NCBI GenBank assembly: GCA_963703955.1
Contig: CAVPGK010000006.1
Coordinates: forward strand, 32,001-96,000
Reading direction: 5' to 3'
Source of the DNA: Nitrospirota bacterium
GTDB taxonomy: Bacteria; Nitrospirota; Nitrospiria; Nitrospirales; Nitrospiraceae
Length of the DNA stretch: 64,000 nucleotides
In this document: positions 48,227 through 61,260 of the stretch, piece by piece
Position numbering within the stretch: position 1 is the first letter of the stretch
Layout: each line of letters opens with the position of its first letter
Notes under the pieces: model-generated
Databases searched by the model: none
What the model was told of the DNA's origin: nothing
What the model saw: only the letters and a program-made list of their open reading frames with translations
Position numbers and translations under genes: made by a program

Positions 48227-49480
48227 TCAGTGCAGGGCGCTCTGAAGAGAGCGGCTTGAGACAGGCCCCAACCCGGTCACGGAGAGAGAGTCGAAGTCCA
48301 AGAGGTCGCGGCTAAGACGGTGGACCTGGTCGCGCGAAACTCGGTCGATCTCGGTCATGATTTCTTCGAGCGACAGATGCCGGCCCAGATAGAGCTCGTC
48401 CTTGGCAAGCTTGCTCATTCGACTTTGTGTGCTTTCCAAGCTCAACATGACATGACCCTTCATTTGATGCTTGGTCCGTTCCAATTCTTTTCGATCCATG
48501 CCGTGGTGACGCAGTCGCCTGAGCTCCCGACAGATGAGATCAACTACCCTCTGGACTTCTCGTGGCCTGGTGGCGGCGTACACAGTCAAGGTCCCGGCAT
48601 CGGAGTACGAGGACGCAAAGGAATAAATAGAGTAGGCGAGGCCCCGCTTTTCCCTGATCTCTTGAAAGAGGCGCGAGCTGACGCTGCCGCCGAGCACCGA
48701 GTTGAGAGCGATGACCGCGTAACGGTCTTTGTCGTCTAGCCGGACCCCCTTCAACCCCAGACAGAGATGCGCCTGTTCGAGTGGCTTTCGACGCACGGAC
48801 ACTCCCCCACTAACGGAAGGAGGCCGGCGGTCTACCCTCGGGCGAGTGGAACGCGGCGGGGAGCCAAAGAATTTTCCTAGGAGACGCAGCAGCTCCTTGA
48901 AAGCGAAATTTCCCGCGACTGCCACAACCGTCTCGTGGGGCTGATAGTGCGCATCGATGTACCGAAGCAGGTCCTCCTGTTGCAAAGCTCTGATCGTCGT
49001 CATCTCGCCCAAGATCGGCCGGCCGAGCGGATGCTGCTTCAATGTTTGCTGCGTATGGATGTCCTGCACCAAATCTTCAGGATCGTCTTGAACCATTCGG
49101 ACCTCTTCAAGGATGACCTGTTTTTCCTTTTCGATTTCCTTTGGATCAAGCCGAGAGTGGTGAAAGAGATCGGACAATAACCCGAGTGCGGGCTTCACGT
49201 GCTGATCCAATACCTTGACATAAAAGGTCGTGGTCTCGCGGCCCGTAAATGCGTTCATTTCACCGCCCAGCGCATCAATCTCCCGCGAGATCTGGGTCGC
49301 CGACCGTGAGGGAGTCCCCTTGAAAAACATGTGCTCAATAAAGTGAGAAACCCCCTCTTCTCCTTTCATTTCGTCGCGAGACCCGACGTTGACCCAGATG
49401 CCGATCGTCACCGACTTGAGCGCGGGCATTCGTTCCGTGACGATGCGAAGCCCGTTGTCGAGAACCACCTTTCGATACAT
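48227..49480 (-). CDS. M16 family (pitrilysin) zinc peptidase
   Basis: Inverted zinc motif HFIEHMFFKGT, GGEMNAFT and SSRLFQEIREKRGLAY; downstream of pnp. Confidence 0.94.
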   Translation of the reverse strand: MYRKVVLDNGLRIVTERMPALKSVTIGIWVNVGSRDEMKGEEGVSHFIEHMFFKGTPSRSATQISREIDALGGEMNAFTGRETTTFYVKVLDQHVKPALGLLSDLFHHSRLDPKEIEKEKQVILEEVRMVQDDPEDLVQDIHTQQTLKQHPLGRPILGEMTTIRALQQEDLLRYIDAHYQPHETVVAVAGNFAFKELLRLLGKFFGSPPRSTRPRVDRRPPSVSGGVSVRRKPLEQAHLCLGLKGVRLDDKDRYAVIALNSVLGGSVSSRLFQEIREKRGLAYSIYSFASSYSDAGTLTVYAATRPREVQRVVDLICRELRRLRHHGMDRKELERTKHQMKGHVMLSLESTQSRMSKLAKDELYLGRHLSLEEIMTEIDRVSRDQVHRLSRDLLDFDSLSVTGLGPVSSRSLQSALH

Positions 49481-49483
49481 GAA

Positions 49484-51583
<2,100 letters not shown>

Positions 51584-51631
51584 CCTCTGATCTCCTCTTG
51601 TCACTGCCGGCACAGATGCCCACAGAGATGC

Positions 51632-51727
51632 GCTCACATGAAGAGCGCTGAGCCATGAGTGCTGAGTCTCGACTCTCTTGGACTCACCACTCAGAAATCA
51701 ATGCTCAACTCTTCAAGACATGTGAGC
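51632..51727 (-). other. Long imperfect hairpin in the rpsO-pnp spacer
   Basis: Paired arms GCTCACATG/CATGTGAGC, GAAGAG/CTCTTC and TGAGTGCTGAGTC/GACTCACCACTCA. Confidence 0.6.
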
Positions 51728-51797
51728 TCATGTCCGTGTTCACCTGTGATGACAGTCCCGTCTGGCTCTGACGTCTCGTCAGAGTGCGGGAACGTGG

Positions 51798-52067
51798 TTA
51801 CTTACGAATGCCCAACCGCTCTAGCACAGCCCGATACCGGGCATCGTCCACTTTATGGAGGTAGTCCAGGAGTCGGCGGCGACGACCGACTAACTGCAAC
51901 AACCCTCTCCTGGAATGATGATCCTTCTTGTGCAGCTTAAAATGGTCGGTGAGATAGCCGATGCGATTCGTCAGAATTGCGATCTGCACCTCGGGCGAGC
52001 CAGTATCGGCATCATGCTGCCGATGCTGTTGAATGAGTCCCGTCTTCACGTCCTTCAGCAATGCCAT
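51798..52067 (-). CDS. rpsO: 30S ribosomal protein S15
   Basis: [13 protein letters not shown] and [12 protein letters not shown] motifs; 89 aa. Confidence 0.98.
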   Translation of the reverse strand: MALLKDVKTGLIQQHRQHDADTGSPEVQIAILTNRIGYLTDHFKLHKKDHHSRRGLLQLVGRRRRLLDYLHKVDDARYRAVLERLGIRK

Positions 52068-52091
52068 TACTTCTCCTCCTCTCTGCTCCAC

Positions 52092-53111
52092 CTAACCATT
52101 CACCAGTACCTTCACAATCGATATCGACTGCCCAGAAGGTTGTCCAGGTGCGTTGGTCGTCGACCCCTCCGACCCGACCGGCAATCTGCCGAGCGCCATC
52201 AGACATCCTGTTGGGTCTTTCAGCCGCACCGATCTTCCCGCCAGATCATCTACACATGCACTTCGCTCCCATTGCACCGCCATCCAAGGAACAGGCACCC
52301 CGTGGATCATGCGCGAGGCGGCCTTCTCATCCACGAATACCTCTGGTAAGTGACTGAGCGCGGCATCGAGCGGGAGCAGGTCATCGGCCAACTGGCCGTC
52401 GGACAGGCGTTCAATGAGCGCCTCGATCGTCAGTGCTTCCATCACCATCAGTGGCCCAACCCGCCGTCGCTCCAATGCCAAAACATGCCCCCCCACACCG
52501 AGCGCTTCCCCAATGTCGGCGCACAAGGTGCGGATGTAGGTCCCTTTCGAGCAGACCACCCGCAGCGAGACATCTCGCCCGGCCATGCCGATCACTTCGA
52601 TCTGATGAATCGTGACCTGGCGTGCGTGCCGCCCCACGGTCCTTCCCGACCGCGCAGCTCTATACAATGGCACCCCACCGACCTTCACGGCGGAATACAT
52701 TGGCGGTAATTGAGTGATCGGCCCTTTGAACTGCCCGACGACGGCTCGGATGCGCGACTCCTCCAGTGTATTGATCGGATGCGAGACCAGGACGATCCCG
52801 GTGGCATCTTGAGTGTCGGTGGTCTCACCGAGCCTGAGGACCGTATCGTACTCCTTTTCCCACTCCATCAGATACTCGGCGATCCGGGTTCCCCGACCGA
52901 CGAGCACCGGAAGCACGCCGGTGGCGGCCGGATCCAAGGTGCCGGCATGACCGATCTTGGGGCCTTTCAGCAGGCCTCGGAGCTTGGCCACCACATCATG
53001 CGACGTCCACCTCATCGGTTTGTTGACGTTCAGGATGCCATCGCCGATCGTTCGAGCTATGAGACCGGGCCTGCCGGTCAGTACACCGACATTGGCGCTA
53101 GGATTGGGCAT
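52092..53111 (-). CDS. truB: tRNA pseudouridine(55) synthase
   Basis: TSHDVV, GHAGTLDP, PPMYSAVK and CSKGTYIRTL motifs. Confidence 0.96.
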   Translation of the reverse strand: MPNPSANVGVLTGRPGLIARTIGDGILNVNKPMRWTSHDVVAKLRGLLKGPKIGHAGTLDPAATGVLPVLVGRGTRIAEYLMEWEKEYDTVLRLGETTDTQDATGIVLVSHPINTLEESRIRAVVGQFKGPITQLPPMYSAVKVGGVPLYRAARSGRTVGRHARQVTIHQIEVIGMAGRDVSLRVVCSKGTYIRTLCADIGEALGVGGHVLALERRRVGPLMVMEALTIEALIERLSDGQLADDLLPLDAALSHLPEVFVDEKAASRMIHGVPVPWMAVQWERSACVDDLAGRSVRLKDPTGCLMALGRLPVGSEGSTTNAPGQPSGQSISIVKVLVNG

Positions 53112-53511
53112 CGCTCGCCTCATGATGATCGGCTAGCTCCGGCAGCGACTCACCCGGCTTCTTCTCCCCCAACTCTTTAAGCAGCGACAGAATGCGGTCC
53201 CCGCGCGGCCCGGTGATATCCTTCTGAAAGACCAACTCGGGGGTGTAGCGCAGACTCAATCGACGGCCCAATTCCGTTCGAATAAAGCCTGTCGCCTTCG
53301 CCAGTCCTGCAAACGTCTCTGCTTCTCTCTCCCCGTTCTGACTCGCCGTGACGAACACCCGCACCAATCGGAGATCATTGGTTAACTCCACGTCGGTCAC
53401 AGTGACAAACCCGATCCGTGGATCCTTCGTTTTCCGCATGAGGATGTCGGCCACCTCCATACGGATCTGATCCGCCACGCGAGAAGCACGCTTGTACCCC
53501 GCTTTGGCCAT
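53098..53511 (-). CDS. rbfA: Ribosome-binding factor A
   Basis: KDPRIGFVTVTDV and LRYTPEL.F motifs; between infB and truB. Confidence 0.96.
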   Translation of the reverse strand: MAKAGYKRASRVADQIRMEVADILMRKTKDPRIGFVTVTDVELTNDLRLVRVFVTASQNGEREAETFAGLAKATGFIRTELGRRLSLRYTPELVFQKDITGPRGDRILSLLKELGEKKPGESLPELADHHEASDAQS

Positions 53512-53528
53512 AGGACCCCGACACCTCG

Positions 53529-53810
53529 TTACAGCAGTTCAATACGAAATTTCACCATCTCGATCATCGGAACGGAGCGCAGAAGATTGACGGCTTGGTC
53601 CAACACCTGATTCACGTAGGCGCCCTCGTTGGCCACACAGGCCATTCCCAACACAGCCTTTTGCCACAGGTCCTGGTCTCCGACTTCGGCGACCGAGACA
53701 TTGAACTTATCTCGCAGCCGGTCTTTGACACTGAGGAGCACTTGCCGCTTTGCCTTCAAGGAATCACTTTCCGGGAGATAGAGTTCGATCGTGCAGAGCC
53801 CGACAATCAT
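53529..53810 (-). CDS. DUF503 (YlxP) family protein
   Basis: SLKAKR and FNVSVAEVGDQDLWQ motifs; conserved infB-DUF503-rbfA order. Confidence 0.9.
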   Translation of the reverse strand: MIVGLCTIELYLPESDSLKAKRQVLLSVKDRLRDKFNVSVAEVGDQDLWQKAVLGMACVANEGAYVNQVLDQAVNLLRSVPMIEMVKFRIELL

Positions 53811-53846
53811 ACGTCTGCGAGAGGTGGAAGAACCGGGGACGCAGCT

Positions 53847-56510
53847 TCAGAGCTTGCCCGCCACTTTATCGAGGATGTAGACCTCGAGGACATCGCCGGG
53901 CTTCATATCGCTGAAATTCTCGACGCCGATTCCACATTCGTACCCCTGCTGTACCTCGCGCACATCATCCTTGAACCGACGGAGCGAGCCGAGCTTTCCT
54001 TCATATGCCACGACGTGATCCCGGACGACCCGGACCCCTGAACTGGCTCGTGAGATCGTCCCGTCGATCACGTAGCAGCCCGCAATGACCCCGGCCTTGG
54101 GGATGTTGAAAATCTGGCGGACTTCCGCCCGACCCAAAATGCGTTCCTTCAGTGTGGGTTCCAGCAACCCTTCCATCGCGGCTTTGATGTCGGCGAGCGC
54201 GTCGTAGATGATCGTGTAGAGACGAATATCCACCCCTTCTCGCTCGGCGAGCACGGCGGCCTTCGGCTCGGGGCGAATATTGAAGCCGATGATGATCGCA
54301 CGCGAGGCCGATGCCAAGAGGACGTCGGTCTCCGTTATGCCACCGACCCCACTATGAATCACGCGAACTTTCACCGCAGCGGCGGAGAGCTTCTGGACCG
54401 CCTCGGACAAGGCTTCGGCGGATCCTTGAACATCTGATTTGATGACCAGGGCCAATTCTTTGACATCGCCCTCTTTGATCCGCGCGTAGAGATCATCGAG
54501 CGTCACACGCCCCCCCCCGGCCGCGAGTTCTGCGCTCCGTTGCTTCTGGAGGCGCGCTTCGGCGACTTCACGAGCGACCCGTTCATCGGGCACCACGATG
54601 AACGGATCGCCTGCCGCCGGCACGCCCGGCAATCCGATCACCTCGACGGGCATTGATGGACCGGCTTCGGACACTTTGACTCCGATATCGGTAATCAGTG
54701 CGCGGACCCGGCCACTAAAGGTTCCCACGACAAAGACATCGCCCAGGCGGAGGGTTCCGCTCTGGACCAGCACGGTCGCGACTGGTCCGCGCCCTCGGTC
54801 GAGCTTGGCTTCAACCACCGCTCCTTTGGCCAGGCGCTTGGGATCGGCTTTCAGTTCCAATACTTCGGACTGAAGCAGAATCATCTCCAGCAAAGCGTCC
54901 AACCCCAGCTTCTGTTTGGCCGACACTTCCACGAAAATCGTCTGCCCCCCCCAGGCCTCCGGAATAAGGTTGTGCTCGGTGAGAGAATGCTTCACGCGTT
55001 CAGGGTTGGCGCCAGGTTTGTCGATCTTGTTGATGGCGACGATGATCGGGACGTTGGCCGCCGTCGCGTGGTCGATGGCTTCCACGGTTTGGGGCATGAC
55101 GCCGTCATCAGCCGCCACGACAAGGACGACGATATCGGTGATCTTCGCCCCCCTGGCCCGCATGGCCGTAAACGCTTCGTGCCCCGGGGTATCCAGGAAG
55201 GTGATCCGTTTATCATGCGCGGGCACGACGTAGGCGCCGATATGCTGGGTAATTCCGCCGGCTTCCTGTTCGGTCACCTTGGTCTGCCGGATTGCGTCCA
55301 GGAGCGAGGTCTTCCCATGATCCACGTGCCCCATGATGGTCACTACCGGCGGCCGCGGTTCCAAGACTTCCTGCTCCGTCCACTCAGCGATTTCCTCGAG
55401 CAATTCCTCTCCTTCCTTGTCAGCCGACACTTCCGCCTTGAGACCAAGCCCTTCCGCAATCAACGTAGCGACGTCCTTATCCATGGGTTGGTTCAACGTG
55501 AGCATCTGGCCCATTTCCATCAACTTTCTGATGATGTCGGCGGGACGTTGGCCGACGAGTTCCGCGAACTCTTTGACAGTGAGGCCGGCCGTGAGTTTGA
55601 TCCCCTTCTTTCGAGGCTTGGTGATCTCTGCCACCGCAGAGGGCTGGAGGTGACGCGTTCTTTCGTCCCGTCGGTGCACCGGAATTGCGCGAAGATCCTG
55701 CCATCGGGCCGCATCTTCGCGAAACTTGACCTCTTCGTCGTCACGGGATCGACCCGGCTTTCTTGGCTTCTTGAGTTTCTCTTTGAGACCTGCGGCTTCC
55801 TCCGGGGACGGTTCAAGAACGCCTGCTCGCTTCTTATCGGAGACAGGGGGAAGCGCAGCCGAGGCAACTGTCTCGGTAGGCGGCGTTGGTGCACCAACCG
55901 CGACGGCGTCACGGGATCGTGGATCTCGTGGACCGACCGGCAACGGAGGCAGAACAGCTTTATCAACGGCGAGATCCTGCTGGTGGACAGGACTCAGCGA
56001 CACGGACGCTGGCGCCGCCGGCGAAGGCTTCGCGATCTCGGGAGAGATTCCACTCGGAAATGATGTCGCCTCGGGTGGGACCGATGCGGGCATCGCAACG
56101 AGTCCGAGTTCCTCTTCTGTTTTTTTTCGCTTGAACAAGATGCGTTTCTTGTCGGGTTTCGGCACCTCCTCGACCACCGCAGCCGATACCTTGCCGCTCG
56201 ACGCTTTTACAGAGTCTCGAGCGTCACTTGACGCGCTCGATGACTTAAGGTCACGTCCGTCAAGATGATCCCTGCTCGAGAGCGATCCTTTTTTCAGCAC
56301 CTTCCGGCCGGCATCCACCTTCCCATCTGACCTCACGTCTGTTCCGTCAGTTGTCTGTCCCTGCGGCATCAATTTATCCAACACTTTCCGGACGGCTTCA
56401 TCATCCAACGCACTGCTGTGGGAAGCGACACTGATTCCCAGACGCTTCAACTCCGGGATCAGCGCCCGATTTTCCATCCCGAGTTTTTTCGCCAATTCGT
56501 ACACTCTCAT
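53847..56510 (-). CDS. infB: Translation initiation factor IF-2
   Basis: [28 protein letters not shown] and GYECG motifs. Confidence 0.98.
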   Translation of the reverse strand: MRVYELAKKLGMENRALIPELKRLGISVASHSSALDDEAVRKVLDKLMPQGQTTDGTDVRSDGKVDAGRKVLKKGSLSSRDHLDGRDLKSSSASSDARDSVKASSGKVSAAVVEEVPKPDKKRILFKRKKTEEELGLVAMPASVPPEATSFPSGISPEIAKPSPAAPASVSLSPVHQQDLAVDKAVLPPLPVGPRDPRSRDAVAVGAPTPPTETVASAALPPVSDKKRAGVLEPSPEEAAGLKEKLKKPRKPGRSRDDEEVKFREDAARWQDLRAIPVHRRDERTRHLQPSAVAEITKPRKKGIKLTAGLTVKEFAELVGQRPADIIRKLMEMGQMLTLNQPMDKDVATLIAEGLGLKAEVSADKEGEELLEEIAEWTEQEVLEPRPPVVTIMGHVDHGKTSLLDAIRQTKVTEQEAGGITQHIGAYVVPAHDKRITFLDTPGHEAFTAMRARGAKITDIVVLVVAADDGVMPQTVEAIDHATAANVPIIVAINKIDKPGANPERVKHSLTEHNLIPEAWGGQTIFVEVSAKQKLGLDALLEMILLQSEVLELKADPKRLAKGAVVEAKLDRGRGPVATVLVQSGTLRLGDVFVVGTFSGRVRALITDIGVKVSEAGPSMPVEVIGLPGVPAAGDPFIVVPDERVAREVAEARLQKQRSAELAAGGGRVTLDDLYARIKEGDVKELALVIKSDVQGSAEALSEAVQKLSAAAVKVRVIHSGVGGITETDVLLASASRAIIIGFNIRPEPKAAVLAEREGVDIRLYTIIYDALADIKAAMEGLLEPTLKERILGRAEVRQIFNIPKAGVIAGCYVIDGTISRASSGVRVVRDHVVAYEGKLGSLRRFKDDVREVQQGYECGIGVENFSDMKPGDVLEVYILDKVAGKL

Positions 56511-56540
56511 CTTCTACAACCTGCTTCCGACGCCATTCGG

Positions 56541-57738
56541 CTAAGCCTTTGCCTGAGACTCACTGATCGGTGATCCCTGTCCTTCCTCGTCGATCTGGGC
56601 TTCTGCGTTCTGCTGACTTCTAAGCGCCTCATCCTGTTCGCGCTGGGCTTCGGCCTCCTCGGCTAACGCGGCTTTGATTTCACGGTCCCGCTCGACCTTT
56701 TCTTTTTCATACTCTGTGGAACTGATGATGTCGATTCTCCAGCCGGTCAATTTCGCAGCGAGCCGTACATTCTGTCCGTTCTTTCCAATCGCCAGCGAGA
56801 GCTGGGAGTCGGCAACAACGACCAGCGCAGACTTTTTCTCTTCATCAATGCCGACCTTTTCAATCGAGGCCGGGTTCAGGGCTTCGGCAATGAACACCCG
56901 CGGATCCGAGGTCCATGCAATAATGTCGATTTTCTCGCCGCGCAGCTCCCTGACCACTGCCTGCACGCGCGACCCCTTGATGCCAACACAGGCTCCCACG
57001 GGATCGACGGCTTTGTCTCGAGACGAGACCGCGATCTTCGTCCGATCGCCCGGCTCGCGTACAACCCCCTTGATCTCCACAATTTTCTCGCCCACCTCCG
57101 GGACTTCGAGTTCAAACAGCTTGGTCACGAATTGCGGATGGGTCCGAGAGAGGATAACCTGCACGTCCTTGGGTGTTCGCCGAACTTCAACCAGATAGGC
57201 TTTGATCCGATCTCCTCGGCGGTAGGTTTCACGGGGAATCTGTTCGGAGGCAGGTAATACCGCTTCCGTCTTTCCGAGGTCCACGAGATAATTTCGTCGC
57301 TCCTGGCCCATGATGATCCCGTTAATGAGATCGCCTTGCCTGGTGGAGTATTCCTTTTGAACCGACTCCCACTCCGCTTCTCGGACCTTCTGGCAGATCA
57401 CCTGTTTCGCCGTTTGCGCGGCAATCCGGCCTCAACTCATCCATCTCGATGACGGAACCGATCTCGTCGCCAATCTCCGCTTCACTGTCGACACGGCGAG
57501 CTTCATGAATCGAGATTTCAGCCTTCGGGTTTGTCACCGTATCAACGATGGTTTTCAGCGATACGACGGCAATCTCTCCCGTCTTTTGATCGATCTGAAC
57601 CTGAATGTTCTCGCCTTGGCCAAATCGTTTTTTTGCCGCCGTTTGAAGCGCCGCTTCAACTGCGCCGATCACCCGGGCTTTATCGATACCCTTCTCGCGA
57701 CCGATTTGATCGATGACCGCAATCAACTCACGATTCAT
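56541..57738 (-). CDS. nusA: Transcription factor NusA, split by an apparent +1 frameshift near 57432
   Basis: N-terminal ORF (57738-) and S1/KH ORF (VREPGDRTK, DPVGACVG, AIGKNGQNVRLA). Removing one base restores DELGRIAAQTAKQVI. Confidence 0.93.
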
Positions 57739-57789
57739 AGATAGCGTCCCCCGCTCTCGGAAGAGCCCACCCCGTACCCACAGCTGAGC

Positions 57790-58296
57790 CTAGAACTCCA
57801 CTTCAAGTCGCCCTTCCGCAATGGCCCCCCATGGGACACGAATGGTCCGCGTTCCGCCAGATCGTGTAACGGTAAGATCGACCCCATCGTCGTTCACTTC
57901 GACCAACCGCCCGATCACGCGCCACTGCCCCTCAAAGGGATCTCGAAACCTCAGGTTGATCAGCTTCCCGATCGACCGACGGTAATCGTCAACGTACTTC
58001 AGCGGACGGTCAAGGCCTGGAGAGGACACCTCAAGACGGTAGGCGTGTGGAACAGGATCCGTCACATCAAGCGCGTGACCCAGAGAGACATGAACCTGCT
58101 CGCAATCATCGAGATTGACCCCGCCCGGTTTGTCGATGTACACCCGGACGACGCTGCGAGGTCCCTGCCCGACACACTCCACGCCGACCAACTCCAGCTC
58201 TAACGCTCGGACGATGGGCGCCGCGACCGCACGCACCGAGTCGGTAATATTATGATGGGATGTTCCTCGATGAGTACGTTCCCAGACGCGACCCAT
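57790..58296 (-). CDS. rimP: Ribosome maturation factor RimP
   Basis: VYIDKPGGVNLDDC and YRLEVSSPGLDRPL motifs. Confidence 0.95.
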   Translation of the reverse strand: MGRVWERTHRGTSHHNITDSVRAVAAPIVRALELELVGVECVGQGPRSVVRVYIDKPGGVNLDDCEQVHVSLGHALDVTDPVPHAYRLEVSSPGLDRPLKYVDDYRRSIGKLINLRFRDPFEGQWRVIGRLVEVNDDGVDLTVTRSGGTRTIRVPWGAIAEGRLEVEF

Positions 58297-58317
58297 TTGG
58301 TATACGTGAACCCAAAC

Positions 58318-58341
58318 AAAAAAGTGGGCCTCCGCCCACTT
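58318..58341 (-). promoter_or_regulatory. rimP leader hairpin / attenuator-like terminator
   Basis: Minus strand AAGTGGGC-GGAG-GCCCACTT followed by a U-tract, directly upstream of rimP, like the widely conserved rimP leader. Confidence 0.75.
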
Positions 58342-58394
58342 CCAGTGCGCAACAAGCTACCATGTTCAACACGCCGTTGCAAGAGGCCGGCTAG

Positions 58395-59234
58395 CTAGCT
58401 CACCAGGCATCTGAAGCGAGCGCTGAGCCGTTCCGTGAGCGCTCCGGGTTTCCCGCTCCCAACCGTCACTCCATCGACGCGCACCACCGGGAGGACTTCT
58501 AACGTCGTGCCTGTCAAAAAGATCTCATCGGCCTGTCGGAACTCCTCCAGGCCGATATCTTGTTCTCGGACGGAGACCCCATCCGCTCTTGCCAGATCGA
58601 GCACCACCCTTCGCGTCACCCCGGAAAGAATCCATTCACCTTCCTGGGGAGTCACCAAGACTCCGGCGCGAACCAACATGACATTGCTGACGGCTCCCTC
58701 TGTGACCACTCCGCGCCGCACGAAGATCGCCTCAAATGCCCCAGCCTCCTTGGCGCGCTGACGGGCCATCACGTTCGACAACAGATTGAGACTCTTGATA
58801 TCGCATCGCCCCCAGCGGAAATCGTCGATGGTGAGAACCTCCACTCCGACTGCGCACGTGGCCGGGTCCAGCGGTCGCATTTCGCGTATCGTCATGACCG
58901 CTGTGGGAGGAGTCGTGTCGGGAAAGGCGTGATCGCGCGGCGCCACGCCGCGCGTGAGCTGAAGATACACCTTGCTTTCTTCATACCCTCCACGTCGAAT
59001 TCCTTCTTGGATGAAGTTCTTCCATTCTTCCATGCTAAGAGGATTGGCCAGCGCAATGGCCTTGGCGCTTCGTTCCAGCCGAGCCAAGTGGGCCTCCGGC
59101 TGAAAAGGCACACCTCGGTACGTGCGGATAACCTCGTACACACCGTCCCCGAACTGGAAGCCGCGATCCTCCACGGAGACCGTCGCTTCTTCCAAAGGCA
59201 TAAAGCGGCCGTTGACATAACCTATGTTAGCCAC
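58395..59234 (-). CDS. dat: Class IV aminotransferase, D-amino-acid transaminase-like
   Basis: DRGFQFGDGVYE, TRGVAPRDH, RWGRCDIKSLNLL and ILSGVTR motifs. Confidence 0.85.
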   Translation of the reverse strand: MANIGYVNGRFMPLEEATVSVEDRGFQFGDGVYEVIRTYRGVPFQPEAHLARLERSAKAIALANPLSMEEWKNFIQEGIRRGGYEESKVYLQLTRGVAPRDHAFPDTTPPTAVMTIREMRPLDPATCAVGVEVLTIDDFRWGRCDIKSLNLLSNVMARQRAKEAGAFEAIFVRRGVVTEGAVSNVMLVRAGVLVTPQEGEWILSGVTRRVVLDLARADGVSVREQDIGLEEFRQADEIFLTGTTLEVLPVVRVDGVTVGSGKPGALTERLSARFRCLVS

Positions 59235-59562
59235 TGTTTTTCTCGGGGGCGAACTGGTCGGCAACCTCGATCAGGAACACGCGACGGTCCTCAGCCGTGA
59301 ACTTCCATCCCAATCGCTTTTCGAACACGAGCCGATGCGTGCCCGGTTGGACAACCCGAAATTCAAACGTCCTTCGTCCTGAATCAACCGCATTGTTGCT
59401 GGTGGTACGAAGGAAATCCTCATTGACTAAGACAAGAGACTCCGGATCATAGGAAGGAACCCATTGCTCGCCACGCGTCCGATCTTCCCACAGGTGAATA
59501 GGAACGATGGCGTCCTTCCCTGTCCGGATCGTCTTGGCGACCTCTCGAGTCCCTTCGCTCAT
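59227..59562 (-). CDS. Protease inhibitor I42 (chagasin-like) domain protein
   Basis: LWEDRTRGEQW, GRRTFEF, PGTHRLVF and RLGW resemble the chagasin NPTTGYxW / F.F / RPW pattern. Confidence 0.6.
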   Translation of the reverse strand: MSEGTREVAKTIRTGKDAIVPIHLWEDRTRGEQWVPSYDPESLVLVNEDFLRTTSNNAVDSGRRTFEFRVVQPGTHRLVFEKRLGWKFTAEDRRVFLIEVADQFAPEKNSG

Positions 59563-59689
59563 GATTCCTTCACCCATTGGCGACACTCCGGCCTGCGCTC
59601 TGCGATCATGATTCACTGGATGATAAACGCCGAACGGCTTGCGGCTCAGGAGAAGTACGATGGTTTGCAGAGGATATCAGGCGCAGAGA

Positions 59690-60016
59690 TCAGATTTTAC
59701 GGCGCCCACCAACAAACACTTCGTCGCCCTCGACGCGAACTTCATAGCTTCCGACGCAGTAGCCTCCCCCATCGGTACCCTGACCGTTCCGAACATCAAA
59801 CGCCAAATCATGCCACGGACAGGACACGACACACCCCTTCAATCGTCCCTGAGCTAACGGCCCCCCTTCATGAGGGCAAATGTTATAGATGGCATAGAAC
59901 GTCCCCTCGACGTTAAACACCGCGATGGGCCTTTCATTGACCTGCACGACCTTGGAGGCGCCGGGAGGGATTTCATCGACCCGGGCGACCATTTTGAAAC
60001 CGTCCGTGCTGCTCAT
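59690..60016 (-). CDS. Rieske [2Fe-2S] ferredoxin
   Basis: CPHEGGPL and CPWH motifs. Confidence 0.93.
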   Translation of the reverse strand: MSSTDGFKMVARVDEIPPGASKVVQVNERPIAVFNVEGTFYAIYNICPHEGGPLAQGRLKGCVVSCPWHDLAFDVRNGQGTDGGGYCVGSYEVRVEGDEVFVGGRRKI

Positions 60017-60061
60017 GAATCGAGATGCGACGTTCCACCCCTGTGAGAATCTGGGCCAACG

Positions 60062-60559
60062 TCATGACAATCGAAGCGCGAACTTCAACTCCATACCAGG
60101 CTCCAAATGTTCTTGGCCAAGGAACCCGGCTGTAGTCTGAATGATGTACCGCGCCTTTTCGGGCGGCGGTCCGTACAGAGGACACGGGTCGCGAGGGCAG
60201 GGTTCTGCCCCTCCCACCAAGTGAACCACATGTCGACTCTCGTCGGCCCAAATAATATCTACAGGGAACTTGAATCCCTTCGTTCGCATCCGGTGGCGAT
60301 CCGAAGTGTCGAAGATATACAGCATTCCGGAGTCCGGGGGCAATGCCTCCCTGAAGGCAAGACCGAAGAGCAGCTTTTCAGGCGTGTCGGCTACTTCGGC
60401 CTGGATTGCTCTTCCACTCGGGAAGGTCACGATGATCGTATCGGTGTCCTTCTGATTGGTGAGGAACCAACTTCCGGTCAGCAGGACAAGGGACAACACG
60501 ATTAGCACGAAGACCCGACTTCGTTTCGGGGTCGCTGTGGGATCCAACAAAGATTTCAC
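60062..60559 (-). CDS. DUF192 family protein
   Basis: AEVADTP, GLAFRE, GMLYIF, FPVDIIW and PC..DPCP.Y motifs with an N-terminal TM helix. Confidence 0.85.
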   Translation of the reverse strand: MKSLLDPTATPKRSRVFVLIVLSLVLLTGSWFLTNQKDTDTIIVTFPSGRAIQAEVADTPEKLLFGLAFREALPPDSGMLYIFDTSDRHRMRTKGFKFPVDIIWADESRHVVHLVGGAEPCPRDPCPLYGPPPEKARYIIQTTAGFLGQEHLEPGMELKFALRLS

Positions 60560-60644
60560 GTGGGGTCTTTTCAGTTCAGGTTTGCACGACTAGGTCCAAC
60601 GGCCCAGATTGATGATATGGGCCTTCTGATCACGACATTGTCTG

Positions 60645-60674
60645 TTGACTTGGAAGAAAAACGCGGTCTAGAAT
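60645..60674 (+). promoter_or_regulatory. Putative sigma70 promoter for the ferredoxin
   Basis: TTGACT-18 nt-TAGAAT. Confidence 0.5.
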
Positions 60675-60747
60675 GCGGATGCTCTGGCACGGAATATGAG
60701 CCGGGCAGACTGAAGATGTCAATACCGCGTGTAAGGAGGCTAGGGTT

Positions 60748-61095
60748 ATGGCTCTCTTAATTACTGATGAATGCATTTCCTGTGGGGCCTGCTTGCCGGA
60801 GTGCCCGAATGAAGCCATTTTCGAAACTCGGAGTGATGCGGAGGGCAAGGGCTACCAGGTCGGTGAAGGACAAGGGGTGGGAGACAGCATCTACGTCATC
60901 ACTCACGAGCGGTGCACTGAATGCGTCGGCCATTTCGACGAACCACAGTGTGCGGCCGTCTGCCCGGTCGACAACTGCTGCATCTCGGATCCGGCCTATC
61001 CGGAAACCACTGATGTGCTCCTGGAGAAAGCCAGAAAACTCAACCCCGACAAGCAAATCGACGACAACAAGGTCTGGAGCGGCGTGCGCAACTGA
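60748..61095 (+). CDS. 2[4Fe-4S] ferredoxin (YfhL-like)
   Basis: CISCGACLPECP and CTECVGHFDEPQCAAVCP; RBS AAGGAGG. Confidence 0.94.
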   Translation: MALLITDECISCGACLPECPNEAIFETRSDAEGKGYQVGEGQGVGDSIYVITHERCTECVGHFDEPQCAAVCPVDNCCISDPAYPETTDVLLEKARKLNPDKQIDDNKVWSGVRN

Positions 61096-61118
61096 TTCAG
61101 AATTAATGGTCACGTTAT

Positions 61119-61149
61119 AAAACCCCCATCGCGCAGGCGATGGGGGTTT
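61119..61149 (+). terminator. Intrinsic terminator after ferredoxin
   Basis: AAACCCCCATCGC-GCAG-GCGATGGGGGTTT hairpin. Confidence 0.82.
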
Positions 61150-61260
61150 GTTATTCAGACCGAGTCCCTCTCAGAGCAACCTCCCGCGACGCCGCAGAAT
61201 TCAGCTCTGGCTTGCACCTCCATGATATACTTTGGTGTATCCTCACGGGGAGGTTCGCTA

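Noticed and set aside
57322..57738. Programmed frameshifting in nusA
   Set aside because: No slippery heptamer or stimulatory structure at the break; a sequencing error is the simpler explanation.
60685..60700. TGGCAC as a sigma54 promoter for the ferredoxin
   Set aside because: The -12 GC is missing, and a sigma70-like promoter lies just upstream.
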